A stretch of 64,000 nucleotides of DNA from Trichosphaerium sp. ATCC 40318 (lineage: Eukaryota; Protista; Tubulinea): positions 310,001-374,000 of the forward strand of contig JALMLS010000578.1 in NCBI GenBank assembly GCA_038496445.1. Reading direction: 5' to 3'. Position 1 is the stretch's first letter. Each line of letters begins with the position of its first letter. The position numbers were made by a program, and so were the translations under genes. The notes below the pieces were generated by a model. The model was not told where the DNA came from, did not search any database, and worked only from the letters and a program-made list of their open reading frames with translations. Below, in pieces: positions 38,772 through 52,531 of the stretch.

Positions 38772-40217
38772 TTAAGAGGACGTATCCTGAGGTATGATAA
38801 ATGTTTTCTTTGGTTCATCATCAAGGGAAACATTTGGTGAATTAGGTGTTGGTGAGTTGATATCCTGAACTTTTTTCCACGTCGTAGATGTCAAGCTCAT
38901 GCCAGCGCTCTTTAAAAAAAAATCACGTGTTAGTCACAAGACAAACGCTAAAAATCACGTGAAATATGTACCTCAAATTCTGCTTCAATGCCTGGGTATT
39001 TAGCTGTGTATGGAGAAAACACAATAGACTCAGCATGTTCGATTGTAGGTGGAGATAGAGTATGTACAAAAAATGTAGATGACTTTGCTGTTGTTACACG
39101 AATCTGACGTCCTGCTACACATATTGAAGATGAATCTATTGAACGCATCTAAGGAGGTTTTTAGATAAAAAATAGATTGATGGGACGGAAAAAAGAAAAA
39201 AAAAAAAGAAAGAAAATAATGAGATTTGTTCGTAATTCTTTGATGAGCACATAGATCTTTTATCTCCCGTAAATTCAATATAAAAACAACACTAATTTAA
39301 TCACCAAGTACTAAGAGAGCTCACGTGTAACGCGAAAAGAAGAGATCAATTTTTTGTGACACAAAAACAAAAATAAAAAAAAAACAGTTAAACGTACCAA
39401 CACAGCTCCACGAACCACCGTAGATACCACTGTCGAATTTGTTATATCTGTCATATTTACTGAAGAAGGATTCCCTGTAATATAAACAGTGCAACCCTTT
39501 ATATTCGTCAACCTAACTGCTCCTTGATCTTTACTCTTTACATGTAAAGTCTCATTTGTTTTATTGTCAATATGCGTTGATAGGCTGTTGTAAACAGGCG
39601 TGGCAGCCTTTGTCTCGTTTTCTTTGGTATCTGTTGTAGTCTTTGGTTCGCTGGACGCCGGTTTTGCATTACGACGCTAGGCATGAGTTACTGGACAATA
39701 GAGGCGAAAGAAGTGGTAAAAAACAGTTTAACTCAACAGTAGATTCATTAAAGAATATTTTGACGCAGTAGAAGTGTTTTAGCTGTTAGTTTGTACCTTT
39801 AAACCACTTTTGAATGAAAATTTTGCTCGTTTACTTTTGACAGCAACACTGACGCGTTCTTCGATATCACGTATGGTCTACGCGTACTATTAATATGTTT
39901 TCCTATTTGTAGTTGACTAAAAAGTACTCTTTGGCTTTTTTGGCGATCGTAAGCTGCTAGATTAGGCGTCCAATAGTTTAATAATTCTTTTACATCGTTT
40001 AGATGCTTTTTAGCTCCATCTGTTACAATAATGAATTACAATGAACTACAACACTATAATTATTAACGCACCAACGTCACGAGGCTTTTTATCTGTTGAC
40101 CCGTCTTCAGGCGCCAAACACGTCTCAATCGCTACATAATGTCAAAATAATAAGCGTAATGGTATTACCATCAATGTGCGCTTTAAATTCTGTATCGTAT
40201 GTCTTTGTATTACTCAT
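38772..40217 (-). CDS. TBCC: Tubulin-specific chaperone C
   Basis: N-terminal YDRQ...KRAKFSFK, beta-helix with GAVL, AGRQIRV, SPPTIEHAESIVFSPY, WKKVQDINSP. Confidence 0.85.
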
Positions 40218-40316
40218 TGGTACAACGTGGTGTGAAAGTGAAGAGTTGACTGATCGGGAGGGAAAATACGCCACAAAATATTCAAAACTTGGCAAAAACG
40301 CGGGAACATACAACCA

Positions 40317-43197
40317 ATGACGGATACCTCAGATTTGGCCGCGAATCGTTTCGCACACCTACTACAACCCCTTAGGTTATTATTTAAATTGTTTTTAAAA
40401 ATCCAACAAAAAATTGTAGGGATCTTGGTGAAAATTGGAATATTGACATTGCAAAAGAGCTTGGCGAGTATTTAGAGGAACTTGAAGACATTTCGATAAA
40501 TCTTGACGGCGTTCAAAAGTCGTTAAACTTTGCTGAGGCTGCACTGTTAATACAAGGGTCAGCATGCATATACAGCAAAAAAGTAGAGTATTTATACGCT
40601 CTTATCTACCAAACATTGGATTTTCTAATGGATAAAGGGTACGTGTATTAATACACGCTCAAGGAGGTATTTACAGACGTATTTAGTAATAAAAAGAAAA
40701 AGAACGGCCAATTGCCTTCTTCCATCCAAGACGGACAAGATGCGGATATAATACAAGACGAATACGCGAACCTAGTGTTTTTAGACGATCAACTACAAGG
40801 TACAGTCCCAAAAAACCGTTTGACGCTGAAAACCTTCCTTATTTGCACAACGAGTACCTAAGCCCCTAAACTATGCGTACATAATACCCCTTATTAATAT
40901 TATATAGAATGCGAAGATATTGACTTAGATGACATTGACATGCCGTCCACACGCCGACAGTCGTCCATGTCTTTTATGAATCCAACGCTAGGTTTATCAC
41001 ATAATACATACGGCGTAAGCATTCGTTTTTAGATTTTTGTTTAAAGGAAGAAATCGAAGTTTCGTCATTTTCTCTGCTTGATTTTTTTTTCTTTGTTTGA
41101 AAATCTCGTTTGGAAATTAATTAGCTCGCTTGTATTCACTCTACAACTTTAGATAAATAGCTGTAATATATCATTACAAGGTGCTCTTATGCTTGGATCA
41201 ACGTCTACAGCGTCAATGATGGAAGAAGGAAGCCCGTTTAGACAAATCGAACCATCAACCATTGTAGGTGGTATTGATATACAAATGGGTAGGCAAAACA
41301 GTTTTATTAATATACCAGTATTCAATATACGCAGTTTCCAAGCAGATTGCAAATGACAATACAAGAAAACATCTTGTCTTTTTTTTTTTTCGGTTTTTTT
41401 TTTGGTTTTTTTTCTTACATCTTTTTGTCTGATTGTGAGTACTCATTATATCTTAGATGATAGGCGTAGAGAGACTATAGACCCAAATACAGGCGTTGTC
41501 CTTCCTCAAACAAACAATGAGAATGAACAACGTATGGATTGCGATAATATTTGATTTTTGAAAAAAACTTTAGTTAATTTGATGTTCTTATAGTTTTTTT
41601 GTAGGTACAGGTATTGAGAATGCTACAGGCGGTATGGCTATAGATCTATCCAATGGGTTCGCACACAGCGGTGGCGGTGTTGTATACAATAATGATGGAC
41701 CAATAAATGACTACCAAGTCGTACAAGTTGACCCTTGGGCAAGTCACGATCCAGATGAGCCTCCTAAGCAGAAGGGTCGCCCTCTTCGTGTTGGAAAAAC
41801 ATTTAGAGCACCTAAGAAGGGTCCAAGGTCTTCTGATGATATCACAAAAAGCGTATTTGAAGGAAACTTCATCAACAAGAGTTTTTATAATGAGTTTACG
41901 TATTTGTATAAACAAGAACTTTCAAGGCGGCGAAAAATTCGAAAAGAACAAAAAGAACAGCGTCTACGTGCAGCAGAAGAAAATTTACCAGTACACATGG
42001 CAGCCGAGGTGAGTTTTGTAGTTATTTTGCACCTAAAATGGGTCTTGGGATAGTGTGACGACATATTCAAGAACTACAATTTCTGTTTTCTGTTGGATTT
42101 TTTTTCTTACTTGTTTCTTGTTAAGATTGCAAACGTTGGTGATGATTATGAAGCCATGATGGATATGATAGGTTCTGCTGGTAATGTTAATGAGGAGGAA
42201 GAAGACGATGGTGATATCGGTATAGATTTACCTCCAGTTAATATAGACGTACGATATCAACCAAAAAGGCGGTTGTTTTCTTATTTTTTTCTTAAAGGGA
42301 CCAATAAATTATGATGGTATGGAGGCTCCAGAGCACTCTTATCAAGACCTCTGTAGACAACATATCGAGCAATATATGAACAGTAGTGCTGCTTTTGCTG
42401 AAGAGAGTGCATTAGCTAGTCGTGTTAGATCATGGGAGAACAAAGTTGCACCTCTACTGAAAGTACAATTTGATAGACCAAAGTTCGATATTGAAGTCCA
42501 AGCAGTACGCTTGCTTGATGTATTCGATGATCCAGATGATGATCCAGTTGATTTTTCACATGTTGTTAAAAAGTGTAATGGTCTATACGATGTACCTAGG
42601 CATTTTGTAGCCATGTTAGAGCTGGTACGGTTTTGGTTACTTGGATTTATTTTTTTAGTTAGTTTCGAGAAATTTTCATTTATTAACCTTACTGGCAGGC
42701 AAATAGAGGTAATTTGGATATAATTCAACATGGTAATGGCATAGCAGATTTTGAGCTTAGTCTACTCACAAAACAATCACAGTACGTCAAGTTTTTTGCT
42801 GGAAAAAATACGATCTGTTTCTTCAATTTTTCTGACACGCACTAGATACAATGACCAACGTGAAGCACTTGGTGAAGGGCGTGAGAGTGCAGCTGATGAA
42901 GAGCTTGGTTTTGCAGAAGATTTTGCAGACCGTGCCGTATTACAAGGAGTACAAGCACTTAACCAAAAAAGTAATAATGAAGAAATGGAAGATTTTGTGG
43001 ACCGTGCCGTATTACAACCAGTTCAGGCACTGACCAAACGCGTAGTACGAAAAAAAAAACCACAACCTTGAAAATACCTTTTTAAAACGTGTTTTATCAC
43101 GTGATATTAATCAATTAATCTCAAATAGGCTACGAAGAAAAGAAAGCTTAGAAAGAAGGTATCAAGGCGATCACAAGAAGAAAACACGCCACCGTAG
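40317..43197 (+). CDS. NCAPH2: Condensin II kleisin subunit H2
   Basis: RFAHLLQPL|[50 protein letters not shown]...RVRSWE...[20 protein letters not shown]. Confidence 0.95.
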
Positions 43198-43902
43198 ATT
43201 AGGTAACGTTTTTTTAAAAAAAACATGTAAATTGCGTTGGGTTGTACGATAGAAAAAAAAATAAGCCATTTTATGCAAAAAAATGCCTCTGTGTTGGAGT
43301 ATGCGCGTATATTCTACTATTGGTGGTTTCCGCTAGTGATATAAAGTTTTAAGCGACAACCTTCCCATTAGCTGCAATAGTACTCCCATTACCTATTAAT
43401 GTCGCTGTATAACCCGATCACGACAATAAATACGAGTGGGAAGCGTTAGCCGTTTATTATGTCGGTAGTAAACGTTTTGGCTTGTCAACAACCAACGATA
43501 GGTATCCCTACCCGATAGGAGCTTATTAATCACGGTGATTTATCACGCCAAAATCGTTGATTTTCCCAAACCAAACGCTGATTGGCAATCTCATAAAGTA
43601 GCTCGAGTCGACTTTAGACTATATTTAAGCTTAATCGTAGTGGATGTATGCTCGTAAGTGCTCTTTAATTTTACAACAACTCCGAACAATCCCAAGGAGC
43701 GAATACCTTGCTTTAGCGCACTGTACACGTTATTATTGCGTTCTAATGCAATATTATCGCTTTCAGCGCCAAAACGATCGGATTCTTTGTAATTTTAAGC
43801 ACAAGTATTTGTAGCGCAAAGAAAACTCGTTTAACCAGCGGCCTATGATCTTTTCACAATGTAGTTGTTAAAAATGTGACAGGACGCACAAATACGATAG
43901 CG

Positions 43903-44954
43903 ATGGGCTCCAGGTTGTTTAAAGTGGTCATGGCAATACTACTCCTTGCTGTTCAAATTGGTGTAAGTTTTTTCCGCATTTTACATCTAAAACTACTAAC
44001 AGCCGTCTACAGTGCCAACCAATAGCGCCAGTACCGGTGGCACCTACAACAGAGGCACCCACAGCTCCTCCAACAACGGCAGCACCTACAGTAGCGCCCA
44101 CAGCTCCTCCAACAACAGTAGCACCTACGGCTCCTCCAACGACGGTCGCGCCTACCCTAGAGCCAACAACTATTGCACCTACAACAGAGGCACCCACGGC
44201 TCCTCCAACAACGGCAGCACCAACAACAACAGTGCCAGTAGCGCCAACAGCGCCTATAGCTCCAGTTGTTGCACCAGTCAGCCCTCCTGTAGCACCAGTG
44301 GCGCCAGCAAATGTACCTTCTTTAGCGCCTACTGCAGCACCTGTTGTCCCTACAACTGCAGCGCCGACGGCACCTGCAGCACCTACAGCACCAGTGAGTA
44401 GATTAGGTATGTTGACATGTTTATTTTCTTATTTTTTTTTGGTTAACTGAGTTTTCTGTTCCAGGATTACCTGAGGGCACTATTGTTGGTATTAGTGTTG
44501 GTGTATTGGCTGTATTGATTATTTTAAATGCTATTGTTATTTATATTGTAAAGAAGGATAAGCGTGGGTCTTCTGAGAGACTACAGTTGGATAATCAGAT
44601 GGTACCCTTTTTATTTTATTTTTTTTTCTTACATTTTAGCTGTTTTTTTTTTCTCTCGCTTACATTGTCTTTTAGGCCATGCGTTTGACTGCGGCTTATA
44701 TGGATGAAAGTTCTGGGAAACAGGTAAGACTTTATTTAAACGATTAGAATAACATATCTCATCAAATGTCTGACATCAGTTTTGGTTGTGTTGCTTTTTA
44801 TTATTTTTTTTTTTTTGTTGTTGAACCATTGGATGAGTTTGTTGTTTGCTGATTATTATATTAGCCTGCTAGTAAAGATGAAGTTTCTGATAGTGATGAT
44901 GATAGTGATTTTGATGATAAATCTGGTGGAGAGAGCAGTAGCTCTTCATATTAA
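43903..44954 (+). CDS. Mucin-like type I membrane protein (APTTxAPT repeats)
   Basis: Signal peptide, P/T/A repeat stalk, TM GTIVGISVGVLAVLIILNAIVIYIVKK and an acidic tail. Confidence 0.8.
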
Positions 44955-45350
44955 TGACGAAAGGAAATATAATTTGATATTGTCCGTTCAAAAAAAGGAA
45001 ACAAAAAAAAAGAGTACAACTCAAACAACAAATTGTAAAAAAGACCATTTTATTTAATTGCATTATTAATGAACCCTCTACGCTTATATTCTCATTATGA
45101 GTCACACAAAACAAAAAATGGATATAATCACAAAGTTTGTAGAAAGGTTTGGTTTTTTTTATTGAACATCTTTTTTTTGTTGGTTGGTCATTTGTTCTGT
45201 TCATTATTTCGATCAACGAAACATAATTACACAACTTCACAAAGATAACAACTACGTTATTCTAACTTTCTAAGCAGTGGATATTTATTGTTGCTTCGCC
45301 TTGAATTTGAAAGTAGCAAGAGGTTTTTTTTTGTTGCATTAAAATAAGTG

Positions 45351-46152
45351 TCAGTTTTCTTTCGCCCTATTTTCAACAATGCCCATTACTACAAGTATGG
45401 AACCAATAATTAATGAAATAGATACGCCCAAAATAATACCAAATACAATTGATATTGGATATACTTGCCAAGGTTCATTCCAATCTACACAAAGAATTAG
45501 AAAGTTTTTATTCATTGAATGAAAGGATAAAATCCAATAATGACACATGTCATGTTTCTAAAATTTTAATTAAAATTGGCTTACCAAGAGGTATAGCTAT
45601 AGCGCCTACCCAAGCACCAATTAAAGCGCCATAACCTTGTACAAAGCTGTAAAACTCTGTGACATTTTGAAATTTGGCTTCCAAAAAAATCTGTTTGACG
45701 TTTTGGTTCTCTGTGACACCTGTATAATTACAATTACGCCCAGGAACACCACTACCAATTATGGATCGTACCAATAGGAATAAACGTAAAAGCTGCCAAT
45801 AAAACAGAAACGTACAATGTTCGATCTGTGGCTCTGTTTTCGGTTATTTACGCGTAGGTAATGCTATAATTAAAAGCGTACGTAAAGAGAGGAGCTCCAA
45901 AGAGTATGAGAAGTATAAATGAAGCTACAGTACCAAAACACGCGTATTTACAACCGCTTATGAGTCTGTAGACGATCTATAACAAAATAAGCGATTTGAC
46001 GTGTATTTAGCCACGTTGCGTACTTTTGTCTTAACTTGTTGCTTTTCTTGAGCCAATAGAGCGTAAGCCAGTAATTGTAGAACAACAACGGCAAAGTCTA
46101 ACGCCATAATGGCAGTAGTCGTTTCATTGTAAAACAACTCTAGTAATTGCAT
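45351..46152 (-). CDS. PIGF: GPI biosynthesis protein PIG-F
   Basis: LILFGAP, GALIGAWVGAIAIPL|DWNEPWQVYPI. Start codon uncertain (46152 or about 46109). Confidence 0.9.
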
Positions 46153-46675
46153 GAATTAGACTGGAGTGCTTTGATTACGGCTACTGTTAGGTTTGTGTTG
46201 ACTTCACCTTTTCTATTTCAACGAAAACTGCTTCTAACGCCTTGCCCTACTGGCAGGATTTGAAGATCCAGGGTGCTATATTGTGAGGCCTTTCAAAATT
46301 AGTAAAGTAGCTACGGACACGTGACAAGAAGCGGTTGACTTATTCAAAAAAACCATGCACATAAATTTAATTGGCAAGTGCCTGAACGTGCAACCTACGA
46401 CTTAACAGGCAGAACACATCATAGGGAGCTTGAAATGTTGCAGAGAGTGCTATGTTGTTCTTCTCTTGACATTACACTAGCTTGGAGGCCTTATAATGGT
46501 ATTTATAAGTTAAATTTTATGTCTTGTGTCCGAAAATGACACTTGAGAAGAAATGCCAAACAAATAGTCTGTAAGTAACTCCAGAGAAAGGCAGAACATA
46601 TTGCATTGAGCTTGTAGACATTGTAGTGTATACCTTACTATTCTTGTTAGACACAACGTATTTACAGGTTAAATT

Positions 46676-47746
46676 TTATGTCTTGTACAGAGTAAGGTTT
46701 ACAATATTACTATTAACCAATGAACAATGTCCAAACACTTCCTCAGTACCCAGTTCATGGCGCTCCTTTAATGTGTATATTTTTGCGAATATTTCCAGAG
46801 GAAATACATGTGGGGTTTTGGCATCTGCAAGAAAGATGTGACGTAGCTTTCCTTGAAGTGATAGGGTGTCACGACACATTTCTTTTTTTTCAACTTTGCC
46901 AATGCGCCACAAATTCCTTTCGGGTTTTGCCTTTGCTGTGTCAAAGAGCATAGGTATTTTATACTCATGTATTTCTCCTGGGTTAACTGTAACACTAAAA
47001 TCCATCATACCTAACAAGTAATGAAACACGTGATAGAAACAAAAAAAAGAATAAAATAAAGCATCCTTTTGCATACCTGTACCACAGTCATAATACCTTC
47101 CATGATACTCCTTCTTATTACTGAGATATCCATCAAGATCTTTAACGTGAGGATTCAAAATATTAACAGCAGATCCACCTTCAATACGATTACAGTCACT
47201 AAGACGGAACCCATGACCAAGGAATACTTTTTCTGGTATTTTACCAATATTTTGTAGTGCGAGGTTTAATGTTACTGTCTCGCCTTTGTGAACATGTTTC
47301 TTGTCACAACTCAACTCTGATATGATACATGGAACAAGTCTATTTCGGTATTTTTCTTTCCACGTGATTGCTTTCATGTTGTATAGAGTTGATGGCTTTG
47401 CATATGTTTCTGTTTCATCAAACCACTTTTCTGGAGAAAGACATGTTGTATGCCATGTCTGAGTTAACTGTTTGTTTATCTCATCTTCAATACTTGCATG
47501 GTCAATGATTTCAATATCTTGAGCATTCTTGCCCCATTTTCTATGGTATAAATGACGATAAATGTAATCAGAGTCGTTTTGTATTATTTCGCAGAGATAA
47601 CGGTTTGATTGTTGTAGTAACGCTAAATCTTGCCATGTAAAGTCGTTTTTGATGATAATACTAAAAAGTACCTCAACAGGTATCGAAAACAAGTCTGTTG
47701 CATCGTTTGTGCATCTGTTATTTGATATGCTGCGTTTTGTTGCCAT
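46676..47746 (-). CDS. F-box protein with a beta-rich C-terminal region
   Basis: LFSIPVEVLFSII...DLALLQQSNRYLCEI...WKEKY. Probable 66-nt in-frame intron at 47011-47076. Confidence 0.75.
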   Translation of the reverse strand: MATKRSISNNRCTNDATDLFSIPVEVLFSIIIKNDFTWQDLALLQQSNRYLCEIIQNDSDYIYRHLYHRKWGKNAQDIEIIDHASIEDEINKQLTQTWHTTCLSPEKWFDETETYAKPSTLYNMKAITWKEKYRNRLVPCIISELSCDKKHVHKGETVTLNLALQNIGKIPEKVFLGHGFRLSDCNRIEGGSAVNILNPHVKDLDGYLSNKKEYHGRYYDCGTGMQKDALFYSFFCFYHVFHYLLGMMDFSVTVNPGEIHEYKIPMLFDTAKAKPERNLWRIGKVEKKEMCRDTLSLQGKLRHIFLADAKTPHVFPLEIFAKIYTLKERHELGTEEVFGHCSLVNSNIVNLTLYKT

Positions 47747-48977
47747 TTGTCTTCTTTGATCATTGGCAAGCTTGCAACAATTCTGTGAATGCGTCTTCTT
47801 TGCTTATGGTCAGTTTAAACGCAGTTTCTATTCTTACTTTTTTCAACAAACACAACTCGAATTAGAAGTTTACAATTGACAACCCTTCGCCAGTAGTCTC
47901 ACAACATGCCACATGGTATTGTACAGTGTGAAAGCTAAAACACGAGCGTGTACTTAAGTCAATAGGTATTTCTCAATAATTTACAGTGCAGTGCCACTTT
48001 TGCACTGTGTTTGTTTTTCACTATTTTGTTAGTTTGACTAAACGTGTTTAGGCTGGTTGTTGCAATGATTGGATTTTTAGGTTCCTTTGCACAACAACAA
48101 TAACTAATGTTCTAATAAAGTCAATTAAAATACATGTTTAATTCATTCTTTAAGGGCTTAAAGCAAAACTAACAAAGTTCTAAGTGAATTAATACGGTAG
48201 CCACTGAGTATGAGGTTATTAGTGAAAATTAAGTTAGACAACATTGGAGGCTAGAAATGAAGGGTCGCGAGACGGGGAACTGTACATCGAACAACACTTA
48301 ATTACAGTGTATGTATATTGGTGTTTATTAGTTAGTGTCCACTTCAGTTTACAAAATACTGAACGTTACAGTAGTAAACAAGTAAACCAGAAAAACCACC
48401 GGTTTGGCAACAGCTGTTGATGGTGCAAATGAACATAGTGGAGATTTTTAGGAGCAGTTGGTTGTAGAGTTGAAATGGTTATTGGAAATGTTGGAGCGTT
48501 TACAGGTACTTCTGTTGGCGAGGTTGTAGGAAGTGTTGGTGGTAGTGTTGTAGGAGGCAAGGTTGTTGATACTAAAATGTCAAAAAAAAAGTCGAACAAA
48601 TGTCGAAGTGATATTGAACTGTTCGCCACAAAGGGAGACAATTGGGTTATGGCGCTCAGTCGCCGCTAGGCTCTGCCCCCCCCAAAACCCTAAGGCTTTT
48701 TAAATAGGTCCTATGGCATAATATAGACTTTTTTTTGACAAAATTCTACATATTTGGGCTTCTGGACAACAACGAACCCATTATGAAGTAACTTCCCTAA
48801 TTAAAGTATACAAGTACGTGAACTACAACCACCAATGTAATAGCCTTTTGTTATTTGGTTTAGTGCTTCTTAGTTAACTTGCTCGAAAATACATTTTTGA
48901 GCATCTTCACGTGACATGTCATGGAAATCCCAAAAAAAAGAAACAATACAAAATTGTAATGAGTGGCTTTTGATTAT

Positions 48978-50334
48978 TTACAATAAAGCAAATACAAGTA
49001 ATGACAATAGAATGGCGACAAAAGCTATTGTGTGTGAAGAACCAGAAGTATCATCCTCAAGGCGTGCCCCAAGAGTTGGATCATATGTGATGAGATCAGC
49101 GCCTGCAGCAAAAGCAACATCTACTTTTCTTGTTTCCCAATTTCCTTTGAACTTTGATACCAATTTTGCTTTCAAACCCAAGTTGTTGCCAAAAGCGGCC
49201 TCAAAATCGACTTCCTTAAATGTAGAAATGACAACCTAGGTGTGATTAGAACTGAGGACAATGATAGGAGGAAACACGTACTGGTTTAGTCTCAGCAGCA
49301 TATACGGCGTCACCAGCAAGTCTGAAATACACTGGATTATCAGTTGTTTGTTGAACAACTGCGCCTACTTCTCCTTCCCAGAGTGCACTTCCAGAAGCGA
49401 CACCCATAGATAGAACCAAGTTATTGGCACTGTCATCGTACTTCCATCCAGAAATTTGGATGACACTCTCCTGTAGACGGAGTCAACACACATCGGTGTT
49501 TCCGAAGAATGTATTTGTCGTACCAGGGTTGTTGGGCTAACGAGGGTGTCGAAGTTAACCTTGCCATTGCCGTCAGATATCAAAAACGTAATAGCGATAT
49601 CACCAACAGGGTTAAGATCAAGGATGTTCTTTTTTATTTTTGCCGTGTATGTAGCCCACTTTAGTTGACCTGAAGATCCAACAGTAGAGAGTTTGTAATT
49701 ATTTTCCTAAACAAGCGAATTAGCAAGCTTTGTATAACGTGATTCTTTTCAAAAAAAAAAGATCGTGCATTTAATCTGTATGTTTTTATGACACTTCCAG
49801 AAGGATCCAACTCTTGAATTTGGAAGAATGAAGTTGCCATGAATCCAGCAGCAATATCAACTTCGAGTTTGAAAGGCTTGAAACACAAAATGGTTAGAAA
49901 ATTGTTTAACGTTTGATTACACTTTGACAAACTTACATCATCTTGTGTAGGTTCCTCAAAAGATACTTGAGCACCAAAATAACCAAGCGTTGCTGCTGGG
50001 TAGGTTGCTAATCCTGAACCAATAATTGGAGCTGCAGAAGCTATTGAAGAGTATTAGATGGTTTGAAATAAAACTAATAATGACAAAGTGAGTGCATACC
50101 TCCAGCAATGTAATTCAGTTGTCCATTTTGTTTATCAGCGTTTACTTCAAGAGAAGAATACCATAATCCGTTAAAAAATCTTTTTAACGAGGTAACGCGC
50201 AAGTTACCACCGTTATTATCAGCAGTCAGTGACCAGTCCGTGTCTGATGTTATCTTTTGTTCTGTTGAAGCAAGTGACAAGCAAAAGAAAGCGAAAAGGA
50301 TTAACGAAACGGTGAGAATACTTTGGAATTTCAT
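48978..50334 (-). CDS. Secreted cell-surface protein with hydrophobic C-terminal anchor (multi-exon)
   Basis: Signal peptide MKFQSILTVSLILFAFFCLSLA and C-terminus ITYDPTLG...SSHTIAFVAILLSLLVFALL*. Confidence 0.75.
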
Positions 50335-52083
50335 CACGTGATGAGGTGCTTCTGTTGGAGAGTGTTGATTTTGAATTAAGTTGTTTTCGTGTTGACTTTT
50401 TTGTGGGTTTTTTATCGGTTTTTATGGAGCTAGCGCTAGCCAAACCAATTAATCTTATATTGCTACAAATGTTAGTGGTACACTACAACTAAAGTAAAAC
50501 TCTGAGAATATCATCTTCCCAACAATTTACGGGTATTCGAAATTATTGCGTTTTCAATGTCAGGTCCTTTGTACGACCCTGAAACTTCCTTTGTGCCCAA
50601 TGACTAACCTAAAACAAGTTTTTTGTTGAAAAGACAGCTTTCTTGTTTCTCGTCAATTATTGCCGAGGTTGACTACAGAACAGGTCACGTGACAACTTGT
50701 AAGAAGTAATTTTTTACAATGTGAACAAGTACTATTAGCTCAAATTCTTGGCCTTTTTTTACACCACGACGGCTTGAAAATAATACTATAGTTTTTATAA
50801 GCGAAATATAAGTGGCTGAAAAAAAGTCGGACATTCGTAGATATTATTGTCCGGCGCAAGCAAGTGAGAAACTATAGGGCAAATATTTGAAGAAATGTAG
50901 GAATTCTACTACAACTAGCAAGTTCTTGGGAGATTTGTCATTTGAAAAAAGTTGTGATAGACCTAAAGGAACAGCGGTAAACACTACTCATTCACGCACT
51001 TGGGTTGACAATAAGGTGCTTACCTCACTTTGGTTTTTTTTTCGTGGCACTGCAAACTAGGATTCTGTTGATTAGTTTTGTTTTCAATACCATACGGTTA
51101 CACGTGGTAATAAGCGCCCCTGTAAGCTGGCATTGGTAAAAATTTTAATGTTATTCGACGTGCTATAACACGTTAGAGTAAACAATGGCGTCAAAGACTA
51201 ATATCAGGGCGTGTAAGGTGGGTTTTTGCTTTATACCTTTCTTTCGTATTTGCTGTAGACGTCGCTTTTTATTGCTATAATTTAAAACGTGTAGTACCTG
51301 CGCACCGGAATAAAGAGGGTAGCTACATAGGCCACTTTGAAAAAGTGTAAAGGTACCGTATTGAAACATGGCTCAATGAATTACACCTGAATCTTGGAAT
51401 CTATTTATGAGTGATTTGTATCCGTCAATTTTGGAGTGATTTTATTAAGATCGAAAGTGATTAAAACAACATATCAAGTCTGATTGAGGCTGTTATCCTT
51501 ACGGTGACTAGGGTTTCAAACTTAAAACAGTTGTACAATAAATTACATGATTTAGTTGACATTCATCATCCTTCAGTCATTTCGCAATTATTACACTTTA
51601 CAGTCATTTTATAAAATACTTATGCTCAAATCAGAACGATCACTCAAGCAACTGTTCTCGTATTGACAGTCTATAATCAATCACCTCGTTGTTGTTAATT
51701 GTTCTTCATCACTTTTTGCTCTTAATACTCAATCACGTGCATTTTCACATGAATTTGTACAATTCATCTAGCTGGGGCAAATAATGGTCTATACAAATGC
51801 AAAAAGAGGTAATACCATCTGGGTTTTTTCACTCAATACTGATTGAGATAACCGATATTCTCAATCAAAAAAAAAACGGTTTAGTGTTCAATCCCAAATA
51901 TGTTTGTATTGAGTGGATATACCGCAAATGAAGCAAATGTTAGCGCATCACATTTATCAGGAACTATGCTAGCAGGATTTTAAGTGCAAATGATTGATTG
52001 AAAGGTTACAAAATCAATCAGACAAAAATGCATTATTTATCAACCACAACAACACACGCATCAACTCCTTAATACTACAAACA

Positions 52084-52521
52084 ATGACAGACAATACTTT
52101 AAACAAAGAAGTCCGTCTACAAAAGTTAACCCAAGTGCTATCACCAAAGATGAACGATATGCTATGCAAAGTTCTAAAAAAAACTTCAAAAGCAATCCGC
52201 CTAGTACCAAAAAGCAATAAACAAATCACTTGGCCAAAACCAAATGCATGGCATCTTGTACAGGATGAGGCTAAACACAAGTCAATTATGGTATCCTTTG
52301 CATGTCGTGAGTATCGCCAAAATATAGAGGCTGGGCTTGAAACGAACGTGGATATAGCAGAGCTTGTTCAGTACATTGTATCGATCTATGAACATTACGT
52401 AGAAATGTGCTCAACGATTGAGGGAAGAGCATTCCCAGCACGAAGATTTTTCCCTGAGTGTTCTTGTATAGGATACACTAATTATGTTGTGAACTTAGTA
52501 ATCGAGGAACAAAACAGATGA
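52084..52521 (+). CDS. Hypothetical intronless protein
   Basis: Open 145-aa frame from the ATG at 52084 after an A-rich leader. No recognised domain. Confidence 0.45.
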   Translation: MTDNTLNKEVRLQKLTQVLSPKMNDMLCKVLKKTSKAIRLVPKSNKQITWPKPNAWHLVQDEAKHKSIMVSFACREYRQNIEAGLETNVDIAELVQYIVSIYEHYVEMCSTIEGRAFPARRFFPECSCIGYTNYVVNLVIEEQNR

Positions 52522-52531
52522 CAACAATGAC

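Noticed and set aside
43928-44401. Overlapping antisense and alternate-frame ORFs
   Set aside because: These are shadows of the low-complexity APTT repeat. The same applies to ORFs opposite the LRR and MORN arrays.
48651-48695. GC-rich ggctctgccccccccaaaaccc motif resembling a transposon-end hairpin
   Set aside because: Single copy in the window with no definable element ends.
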